DNA from: Lytechinus pictus
Taxonomy: Eukaryota
Direction of reading: 5' to 3'
Length of the DNA: 64,000 bases
Assembly: GCF_037042905.1 (NCBI RefSeq)
Contig: NC_087245.1
Span: forward strand, 17,114,001-17,178,000
The notes under the pieces were generated by a model. That model searched no databases. It saw nothing but the letters and a program-made list of their open reading frames with translations, and was not told the origin of the DNA. Positions 42,001 through 54,000 of the stretch are shown here, piece after piece; within the stretch, counting starts at the first letter, position 1, and every line of letters starts with the position of its first letter. A program made the position numbers and the translations under genes.

Positions 42001-45000
42001 GATCCTGTGTACCATTAATCGAATTTAAACTCATCTAATGATTACCATGATGATGTTTGATAAGAGTGCATGGTATTCCCGTATTGTGTTGCTTATTGTC
42101 ACGATTAATCAGAGAGCCGAACCACGCCCTCTTACCTGTCATGCCTATACCAACGTTCGCATTGTAACGTTATTTCCATGCATCTCAAAGATGACATAGT
42201 TAGAAGTCTATTCTAGGTCTCGCATGTCCTTGTGAAAATAGGTTTGTTTGTTGCAAACTGATTAATGTCCTACAACTCTAGTGAATGTACACTTAAACGT
42301 ACATCTGTATGGAACAACTGCCGAGACATGGTGTACCTGAATATCGGCAGTTTACCCAAGGTCCTCTGTCATGACTTGTCTATGGACATGATGGACTAAG
42401 ATATACTTACAATTGCTGAATTCGTAAAATGCTCTATTCTACTGAAAGTAAATATAGGCCTAGGTGGTTGTGGAAATCAATCTAGCGAACCCTTTCTAAT
42501 TTATACAAATACATTTTTTGTTAGTTGCATAATGTGTGTTACTGTAATCGCCTCATCTGTAGGCCTACTGCTGAGAGTAAAGTGGTTGAAGGAGACCATG
42601 ACTTGTAGACAGTTGTTACTTTTCTAACAGGTGGCTTTGGATAGCACTGTTATTGAACATGATGAGGGGTGATAAAGCCAGCCATCTAATATTAGAAACA
42701 TGTTCCGTGGAAACAACAGACGTCTTATCTATCACATTTTCATGTTTATTTTTGTCTCTTTCCTGAACTTCATTTCTTTGTTATTTGTTGTTTTTAAGTA
42801 TGGGATTACGATGTGTTTCATACTGATAAGGAATTGTGAGTTTACGTCTGACACTTTGTTTTGTTCTGCGGTTTAAGTCTAACGAGCTTTTTTTTCCATG
42901 TTTCTGTTCATATCTTCACAGTTCAACATCTGAAAGCAAGGAGTCACCACCTGCACGACAGAACAGCACAGGCCGCAAATTCTGGCAGTTCAATTCGAGC
43001 AAGAACAAGGATCCGAGAGGGGACAAATTGGCAACGCCATCCAAGTCTTCTGCGCCCACAGCCAGCAAACAATCATTCTTCAGTCTCTCACTTGATCGGA
43101 GAGGATCGTCACGCACGGAGGCTGAACCCCGCCAGCAGCGAGACAGTCGCTCTTCTACGGTATCCCCTCCACGGACAAGCAAATCTGCCGTCGATAAATT
43201 GAAAGAAAGAGCCGATGCATTTACCAAACAATACGAAAGGAAAAAAGAGGAAAGGCAGTCGTTAGCTGACCGTGCTCCTCGTCGACAATCTGCAAATATA
43301 TCGGCATATCTACAACGATACACTCGAAGCGCATCCGCGGATAGAAGCAGTAGTTTTAGCATCGGGAGTACCTCCTCAACGAGTAGGAGGGGGAGTAGTG
43401 CTTCATCGACGGACGAACCCGACCTCGCACCTTATTCACGACCACGGCTAGCAACTTACGCGACGATGATTCGGTCGACGCAAAGCATCGGCGCACTCTC
43501 TGCCAAATTTGAGAAAAGCAAGGCAAATGGAACCGATACACAATCGAAAGGAACTTCATCAACATTACCGAGGAAAGATCTCAAGTATAATGCAAATTTG
43601 GATGCCAAAAAGGCACTTTTTAGTAGCTCTAGCAATGGAACAACGAATTCTTCACCGATCAAAAGTAAGACAAAAGATCCTGTCTCAATCGTCCCACGGA
43701 CAGCAATTACAGCACCACCGTCGACATCATCGTTACGATCGAAATTTGAGACGAAATCAAATGGTGATAAGGATGGTTCTTTCACCCGCTCAATACCGGG
43801 TCGTCAATCAACAGGTAGGCACTCATATCTAGATAAAATAGACACTAAAGATAGAGTCCTATCACCTTCCTCGTCGTCATCGTCTTCGTTATCGTTTAAT
43901 AGATCAACAGCGGCCCGACATTCAACGATTGGAGTCATGAAATCCTCATCGACAGACAATAAACACGACTTCAGGAATAGTGTGAATGCAACGCGGCAAG
44001 AACCAGCTCGCCCTGTTTCGACGTTTTCATCACCCACCAAGACATCATCAGTATCATCGCCGGTATCATCCACCAATAAAAAAACATACGTTTCCCGTTA
44101 CGAAACTGTCATCAATTCAGACTCCGAGTCTTCCATCTGCTCCACCACCTCGTCGTCGACCTCCGAGAAGAAGTCACGATCAACGCCTTCGTCGTCGATC
44201 TCGTCACGGTACGAGATGAGATCGCCCGTCGTCGAAAAACCGCCGTCGTTCATCAAGAAACCCCAAAAGCTGTCAGCGTCGGAAGGCGAATCAGCGACCT
44301 TGTCGTGCATGGTAGAAGGTGAACCTAAACCGGAGGTCACGTGGTCATTTAGGGGGAAGCCCCTATCGGATGAAGGTCGAGTTGAAATCTACGAGGAGAA
44401 GGGTTCATGTTATCTTGAGATCTTTGATTTGGTTACACGTGATGCTGGACTTTATACCTGTCGGATAGTCAACTCAGCTGGACGATCATCAGCCCTTGTT
44501 GAACTCGTCGTCAATGGTAAGTAAAGGCCCTTTACTACCACCACTCCCCCCCCCCCCCACTCCCTTCCTTATATTATGCACATGATTAAGTGTATTGATT
44601 TAGATCTTTGATCAACCTTAATGTAGATTTTAAATATTCTATCCAAACACTGACAAGGCTCCTTTTAACCCCTAAGATTCATCTTGTTTATTGTTAGTAT
44701 TACTCGCTAATTACACTTTTTACTTCAATTATCCTTTTTTTCGGAATGTGTTACCGCTCCACCCCATCCGAATATAAGTGTACACGCCATCCTCCACCGA
44801 CGTATCCTAGTATAATTGTGATTTATGCTTTACCCATTATTATTTAATACATTCATTATTGGGATAATTATTGACTCCACAATTTCGCCATTGCGTCATA
44901 CCACCAACTATCATCTTGATCGTATAGTGGTCGCATCCTCCCTTCTCCTGAAATGTCAAACTTAGCACTCAGATCTTCCCGTACTAGCTCACCTTTGTCA

Positions 45001-48000
45001 TATAGTAAATTTTCGCTTCTCAATATTCAAGTCGAAATTATATCTCTACCCGATGACTGGAGAATAGTCTTTAGAAGTAATGTATCGAAATAATTCATTG
45101 ATCATGTACAATAGACCGAACACCTGCCTTATGTCGGCAAATGATTGATATAGAATATCAAAGGCTGTTTCAAAGGTCAATAATATTCTTGATTCTGTTT
45201 TCTTTAAAATGATACTTTGAGAACATTCGGTCTCCCAAATTGACGAAAGATCGTTAGTGCAAAGGAACTTTTAACTTCTACAGTGTTTTTTATGGACAAT
45301 ATTTGGCCAGGGAACAATCTTGGCGATCATTGACTTTTCTTGTCGGTTCCATTTTCATCTTGACAACATTGGAGGTTTTCACTCAATTCATCTCTATTAA
45401 CCGAAACTTCATTATAACACTCAATTTCGTTCCCAAATCGAGCATAAAACTTTCGGAATGTTTTCATTAAGGCTATGTGGAATTGTGACAGGTTTCATGG
45501 TTGTGTTTTTATCATGGTTTTCATGTTATTAATTTTGTTCGGCGGGGTTACGATGTGAATGAACAAATTGTGATGGATATTCTTATCAAGTGATTAATTA
45601 TTTTAAGTTGTACCATTTCAGCGTCATCAGATCATTCATGACTCCCATAGGATGGTACTTAGCAGGATTTCCGAGACGATTTCAAAGGAAAACTCATGCA
45701 GGGAGAGGAATGAGACTGAAGAGAGAATCGTTTTATCCCTGAAGTTTTCTCGATAAGAAAGCGTCTTTGTTGATAACGAAAGTGGGTTGAATGCCGGGGA
45801 GGAATATAAATCATTTTGGTGTTTTTTGATTGAGTATCGTAAACAGTGAATAATACGCGACTTATGTTGACCTTGCGTGTGGCATTGTAGAGTAACGTAT
45901 TTCAAGTAGATATGGATTTTTAATCTTCATGATTTTTTCGAGAAATTATTTTGTCAATTTAGGAGCTTTCAGTTGGCTAACAGCTGAGACGCAGAGAGGT
46001 GTCGAGTGATGCAAGAGAGAAAACGAGGTCAACAAAATATCAGGGATTAACTCATCTGGGCAATTGGTTATACATTGCACTCTTGAAACGTTTCATGCCA
46101 ACTCCAAAAATTATTTGAATTAAAAAAAATTGGTTGGTAAACAAAACGATGACAACACGCGATGGGTGGCCATTTTATATATTAATATTTCTTATGTATG
46201 AATAACAGCAATAAACTTTCATCAGAAGAAGACTTGATCTTGATCATTGATATATTGAGGTTATAGACTTTGGAAATTCCACATGCCTTGGAAGAAGCCT
46301 ATGAACTTGGACGTCTTTCAGGTTCAAGCCGTGTTCTCGGGTATGTTTCCTTTTTTTTCGTCGAGTTTGTTCAAAATGACGAGTTATCACGTCCACAATG
46401 AAATCATAATGCCTGCGGGTGTCCATTAGCACCACATGGTAATAATAGACCAGTCTGGTATTTCACCAAATTGACCAAAATATGTGGTTTACCTGTCAAA
46501 GTGAGCAGAAAACACAAGAACAGAAAGCAGTCCGGTCCAGAGGGGAAAAAACTTGGTAGAAATATCGAAACAAGTTTTTCAAGTGTGTTTGATCACTGGC
46601 TCACCTCCCTGCTGTATGCAAACCCCATGTACAATGTACAGACCGAAGGGTACTAAGGTTGATTTGTTGTGGTTTAGATCTTGGAAATCGAGGGATATCA
46701 AGAGGGCCTCTCAGGAGTGATGAGTAATAATTGGGTTACTTTCGTAGGGATAATTTCGTTTCGGTAAATCCATGGAGGTAAAGAAACTCTTCTACCTCAA
46801 ACAAAAAACCCACTCTTTTACATCTATGGTACATCTAATAAACTTTTATGTTCACAATAGCTATTTTTTCCTTAAAATATACTATTCTGCCTCTATACGT
46901 GTCATCTCACCCCCCCCCCCCCCGTTTTTCTATGAGCATGATGGTGATTATTTTATGTAGGGACGGAAACCTCTTGACCAGGATATTCCAAACAATTGAT
47001 GACCACTTATGAATAAAAAATATCCTAGTTAAATCTCTAATTTTCACAATATTTCGAACTTATTTAGGGAATGATTAGAGCAGAATGTTCTCCATCAGGT
47101 CTTGAGGAAAATGTCATGCTCCCCTCAATTATCCTGTCACTGGAATATTTAGGACACACGTCTGTCTTGGATGAAGAGAGAATGTATCTTCGGATGTTAT
47201 TAGACTTCTTATGTTTCATGTAACTCTAGCCATGTTGGGTTAACCTCTTACAATCCGAGTTAAACGACGAATACCGTGTCTGCTAGCAAGACGTGCCACA
47301 ATTACAGCGCTAAAATTAGAGAAGGAAAGAAAGAGAGAAAGAAAAGGGTATCACAAAGACCGCCCCCCCCCCCTCCATCTTGGGGTGCCGAAGGCGTCTC
47401 TTAATATTAAAAAAAAAACCTTCAAAATAAAGAGGGTTTTCGTGTCCATTTGGACACTGGTAGCTTTTCTTTGCATCATTTCTTCGTTCTCATACGATTG
47501 TAGTTCTAGTTTATATTTAAAAACCTCAGAATAGTTCAGTTCAAAGCAGGACGCATTTTGTAATCCATTCTTATTTCATGCCATCAAAGGTGATGTTGCG
47601 TTTATGGTCACAATTTTACACCCTTTATCAGTTTACGTCTCTATAGCTTAGAGATTACAGGAAATGTTACAATTCATACTTGTAAAAAAAGACTACCCTT
47701 GAAACTATGAAGGTGCAGTGTTGATATTTAACATTTTATGGGCAAGATTTGTTATTGATATTCAGCAGGCATCTAATTTGTTCGTTCATTAATTACACCG
47801 TCGATTTTACGATGGATTAAGATAGGCTGAACACTATTGTATGGATTATTAATGAACCTTATAGGGAATCAGAGAAGCATTGAATATTGATTACACAGTC
47901 GGATAGACTATATCAACACTATGTCTGTTCCTTGAAGACATGAAGTACCATTGATGGGGTGTACCATACATTGTGCATTATGCATGTACAAAAATGAAAA

Positions 48001-51000
48001 CAGCCACCGACAATGTAGACCTATTGCTTTATCTTACTGTCCAAATATAAATGCATTATCACTATAGTCAGTGATGTTGAGATGAACTTTATTTCGTTCC
48101 TGTTTAGATTTATAGTTCATTGTATTTACGTAATCTATTCGATACATAAGTTTGTGAAACATATTGTGAAGTAATCTGTTTTTGTCTAAAAAAAAATATA
48201 GGCACCACTTTAGTTTTGGTGGTCTCTTTGTTATGTCAGAAGTTTAAAACATTTTCTTAAATCATTTATCAATTTTCTTTTGTAGTTTTTCGTCGTCATT
48301 CTATGGTTCTATGTTTGTTTGTGTTGTCTTTTCATTGAATCAAAGAGTATTAAAAGCAACGAGTGTGGTAATTTGTTTAAAATCCACAGATTTCATCCAA
48401 TTTATGCCGTGATTGTCAGATATTGTTCCCGCCCTTGCTTCATATTATCCCAGTCCCACACACCAGCAAACAAGTAGTGCTTCCATCTTTTCATCCCCGT
48501 AATGAAGTTTGGTGATTCCTTTTTGTGTTGGATTTGTTGGTATTTAATGATCTACGTTTCCCTTGTGAGTAATGGAAGCTAGTCCTTTGAAAAGAAAAAC
48601 CAGCGTAGTATTCTTGTCCCTTCCCACTTGTGTAGTTATCCCATTCACACCGTTTTGAATGTTTTGGCCTTACATTCCGAACGCTGTTTACATCTACCGA
48701 CCCCAATTCAATGCATAACCCAAGGTAAAAATGCCTATCCAACAATCAGATTTATTGACGGTGCTGTATAAATGGAACAGACATCATACAATATAATATG
48801 GGACTAGGCTCCAGGGAAGTTGGATCTGTGCCTCCTCATCAGCAATTATCTTTTTTTATCTCGCGTATATAAAGGAGGATGATTTATGCTGGAATTCGTC
48901 CAAGAACAAGTCATGATAGATTTATGTCAAACATAATCCAATTCAAATATTATTTCAATGGATTCAGGACTGCAGATGTAGATGTAAAACACCTCAGAGT
49001 TTTTGGTTATGATAATTGGTCATAGATTCTACATATTTAGTACAGGCACCTAGGCCTATATGGTAGTTATTTTGTTTGACAAATCTGTTTTGAAAGGTAT
49101 GAATGCTTATAAGTACAGTAATCAAAAGGATCAAAGGGTCAGTGGCCTTTAGGTCCCAAAACCTCTCAGATGAACCTGATGGCCGTTATAGGATTAATGC
49201 AAGGGCTACTGTATACCCTGCTTGGTCAGGAACCTATTCATGATGTCACCACGCCCCCATCCTTTACCATGACCATCACAATAGTAGGCCAAGATCAGCT
49301 ATTGAACTATTTTGTTCGTTCATTGTGCCTTTCATTTAGAAAATCTCCTGAGAGACTGAGGAGACAGGGTGTTCTTATTCAGACGGATGTTACTTTTGTT
49401 TTTTGATGTGTCTCATTTCTGTTAACAAACTATGCATGTGCATAATGCGAAATTTCTGTAGTATATTATGAAAGTACTAATTCACTGAATTCGCCACAAC
49501 CCCAACCCCAACATGTTCCGCAGCCGCTAAAGTGTTAATCCGGTAACCCTACGTTATTCTCCGTTGATAGCTGTCTCCATTTGACGTTCTGTCACTGTTA
49601 ACTTGTCATTTGACATGTTAAAAGTGTGATATAACTCATACCCCATGGTAAACTGACAAATCCTTAGTCATTCTAAACAAGTATTTTTGTCATTCAATTA
49701 CCAAGTGGTCATTTCTATATATGTCTTGCACAGTGATATAAAAAAGAGTTAGTTTAACCGCGCCATGTCTGTTTTCCCTCACACAATGAAGCACCAGTGA
49801 GGAGGATTAAACACCACTTTGAGAAATGTAAACGTCTGATTTGCGAGCTTTTATTTGCTCTTCTTTGTAATTTAGTGAATTTCCGTAAAGTGTGAATGCA
49901 AAAAAAAAACTATAGTAAAAGATGACCCGTGTGCGAAATGCATAGAAGTAAGGATTTTGTGGCTGTTTGTAGTTCAGCTCAGCCTCTGACACTGATCTCT
50001 TTGATGTTTGTAATACTACAATATCGCGGGATAACATCAGAAATGGAGAACTGTTGATTCTTTTAACCCGACTTACTGGATATTTTGGATGCTTTTTCTG
50101 GCAACAAAGGGAATAGGTTCAAGGGAGAGGGCGTGAAAATATTTGGGATGGAAAGATGCGGTGCGGGTGGTTTGTGGGTAGCTCCTATTCTCCCTACAGA
50201 TCAAAACTGGAAATACACTGTTGTACTTATGCAACGAATAATAATTGTGGTATCATATCTCCATGGTGAGATCTTTGTCTGATACCAAAGGAAGAACATA
50301 TCCATATGGGATGATGTGAAAGAGAAGGACTTAAACATTTATTTGAGAGGAGAATTATGTAGTTTTTGAGGGGTGTAGTAGATGAAAAATGAACGGAACT
50401 TTTATCAGATTCCAGGTTTTCTGAATAATCCATGCGTCCGAATTACTAATGTGGGATTCTATTTTGAATGCCAATTTGATATTGAAAAAATTAGGAAAAT
50501 ACAAAATGGGAGTTGAAGAATGATCGGAAATTTTGAACAGCTGCTGGCCTAATCCTTCAAATCAACTTTACCTCTAAGATGTAAGCACGCTCTTGTTTCC
50601 AAAATAATATTTTCTTAAAAGCACAACATGTTCCAAGGTCAATGTATTTTGATATCATCCCTTAGGATATTGCACAAGACATATTATATTATACAAGGGA
50701 GGGTCCTGGAAAGGGTGTGTTAGGTTTCAGTGAGTCCTGTTTTTAACCAAAATATATAGAACATTTTGAAGGATGGATTGGGGTAAATTTGTATACTTGT
50801 TTGATCTGATTTGAGGGGAGTCCTTGTTTTAAGGTCACGGGATGTAACTCTTCACCTGTTATCTCATTTCCACCCTGCCCCCCCCCCCCCCATCTCCCAC
50901 CCTCTGCTGAGAGGTTCACTTTTGTAATCACTTTAATTTTGTCACTTTTCAAAGTTTCTTTTTGTTTGCCTGTTTGATGTTACCAACACTATCTTCCTCA

Positions 51001-54000
51001 CCTTGCTTGCCCGAGATTCTAGATTATCACATCCCCGGATCACATCAGAAACTCTTTGATAATGATCCTATCTTTGTTTTTCCCCTCAAAAATAGAAATC
51101 AGTGAAAACAAGTGACGAGTCTGGTTGTTTTCCCGCCATTTTCACCCCCACAATGGTCAACGTCCCATTTTGCCAGAGATAACAAATATCACTTTTTATC
51201 CGTAATTATCATCTTATTTAAATACTTCCGAGTTTTTGTATTGTCGAGCTAATATGGAGGCTGAATATCGATTTCACAAGGTGTGACTCATTATTTCTTT
51301 GACCACTATAAACTGATAATTCTCAGGATTCCCCGCAAAATAATCTGCGATTGCACATCAGCATTACCAGAACACTACATCGTGATTTATTCATCAAATA
51401 ATGAGAAAATCACGTCTTTAAAGCAGACAGGAAAATCCCAGACTGACCGATGAATAGACAATAGTTTGACCATGAAAACACCCCCTCTTTCTGAGATTAC
51501 ATCCAGTTTTGTATTGTTTTGGGTGGATGAGTCAGTTGACCAAGAATGTCTACAAGAGATTGTTAGTAGGGTCATAAAACACTTGACGTACTATCAACAT
51601 TCCGCCATTAGCCATAGAGATCTCATTAAGAATAGTTAACGAGCGTTGCGGACATCGCTCTGATCGATGAAATGATGATAATCGCTACATAATCCGACAT
51701 CGTTGCTCCCAATATTGTCGTTAACGGTGTCACGTATAACTCAATTGTACTCGACAGGTGATAAACTAAAAGAAGGATAAACATTCTCCTATAGAAAATT
51801 AATAATGTTTATGAAAAAAAAAACACGGAAAAGGTCTTATTAAATTATTACACGAATAAATGTAATGCTATTTATAGTGCATGATAACAATTAAATGTTT
51901 TATAATGGAGATGGTCTGTGAATTAAACAAAATGAGAAACGTTTTTAAAGAAATCCCGAGTAGGTCACAAACGTACTAGACTCGCATGCTGAACAATCAT
52001 TCATAAATACAACACCAAATCCATTTTGATTTTAACCTGCTTATAGTGCTTTTCTGATATATTATTCCTTTATTAGTCATCGGTTGGGTTAATCATAGCC
52101 GTAACCTTATGAATTTGAATAGAAGTCCACCGAAATCAAGACCTGAGTCGGAATACCCTTTCAGCACAAAATATCCTTCAACTTTACCTGACGGTTTACT
52201 GTGCTTGGGGTATGGTATTTATATCATAATAGATGTCAAGTCAATGAGCTGTGCATTGATCGTACGCAAAGGGTACTAAGGCAAATGCACTTTTATCACG
52301 AGCATGAAAATATTATGAATATACCAAAAAAAATAGGTCACCATTATGCGATGGATCTAGTAATATCAGAATATTGCGGCACACAAGCTGGTATGTTTTG
52401 AGTTGAGAATGAAGTATACTGAGAGAATGGTGGACGGTGTATGACTTTGATTGAACTGTCAAGCCATGTCTCGTTAAACTGGACGGATATCCCATGACAG
52501 AATGATAATACGTGGAAAAACAACATCGCGAATGAACGAGAATTATGTCAATTATTTTCTATAATTACTTGGTTCGCAATAATGCAATCCATTCCGTAAT
52601 TTCCGTTAATGTGCCAAGTTTTGTACAGAAGAGCTCCCTTGAGATTTAACAGATATTTTATAAATAGTGCTTTAGTTAATAATTGTGAAACTATGGATAA
52701 ACAGACCACGTCGTGTATGAACAATATTTCTATGGACATATGACCTTTTTCATATCTTTTTACAAACGATCAACACGATCAAGAAAAGGAGTAACATGAG
52801 ACAAATTCAATTTTGTTTCCTTCTGATACTTGATATGAATGTGGTTTCCTCCTTCAATGCGATAAAACGTCTGGAATTAACTCGAATCTTCTCTTCACTT
52901 TCTCATTTCCTCCCGAAAATCTGTTCGTCCTTTCTGTCTCCGCCTCTCCCTTTCGTTCTTCCACTCTCCACAGCCAAGCCGAAGAGACCTCCCTTCTTCC
53001 TTCAGAAGTTGTCCGACTGCGAGGTCCACGAGGCCGGTGCTAACGGCCGGCTTCAGTGCAAGCTGGACGGTGCCCCTGCCCCCGAGACCAGCTGGCTCAA
53101 GGAAGGCAAAGCCCTTCAGGAGAGTGACCGCGTGCACTTTATCCAGAGTGACAACGGTATCCATGCACTCATCATTGATGACGTCACTGAAGATGATGAT
53201 GCCATCTATACCTGCATTGCTAAGAACAAGCACGGTCAGGTGTCCAGCTCTGCTGAGCTTATTGTAGGTGAGTTTCCAAAAGTAGGAAGTCATCAACAAG
53301 GAAACAAGATTGTTGCCAACCTTGCTTTTAAGTTTATAGGTAGGCCTGCCAATGTAAAGGAAAACAATTATTCAGTCCTTTAAAGTGAGTTTTGCTAATA
53401 CAAAGCACCTCCTTGTGAATAATTAAAATCAATGAGTTAAAAAAGTGTAATTAATAATAACTGATTCATATATGAATCAGTTATTATATGAATCAGTTAT
53501 TTATATTAATCGATCGATCGATACTTTAAGAACTTATAAGTTCTTAAAGTATCGATCGATCGATTAATATAAAAGTTAGGGTAGATTTTATTCAATCAAC
53601 ATTTTTCATTGGACATGTTTACACGGCACCCCGATTCCACATCATTCAGACTCATACACTAAGGAGCTTTGAAAGCTCCTTGCTTACACCCTAGATGACA
53701 CGAAGTGTAGTTAAAAGATAATAAATGAGCGTAATGATTATTTTGTAACATGTGTTTTATTCATTTTCTTCTTCAAATCTCCCAGAAATCGACCTTCCGT
53801 CAAAGAGTGAAGTAGACAGTTTGATAGACGGATCTCTTCATATAGACGTGGATGATATACAACCAAGGTAGGTAGTTTTACAACTAGTAGTTATAAGAAC
53901 TGTAATATCCTAAATCATATTTACTGGTTGCCCGACTCTTCATTGCAACGGTGAGAATAGTGGTTTAATGGAATTGAAGATTTCTTGCAGATTGAAACCC

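Noticed and set aside
42916..44340. Several minus-strand and alternate-frame ORFs overlapping the large exon (also at 17678-18083, 52895-53299, 54487-55484, 57262-57462, 60402-60593)
   Set aside because: Shadow ORFs of GC-richer coding exons; they encode nothing recognisable.
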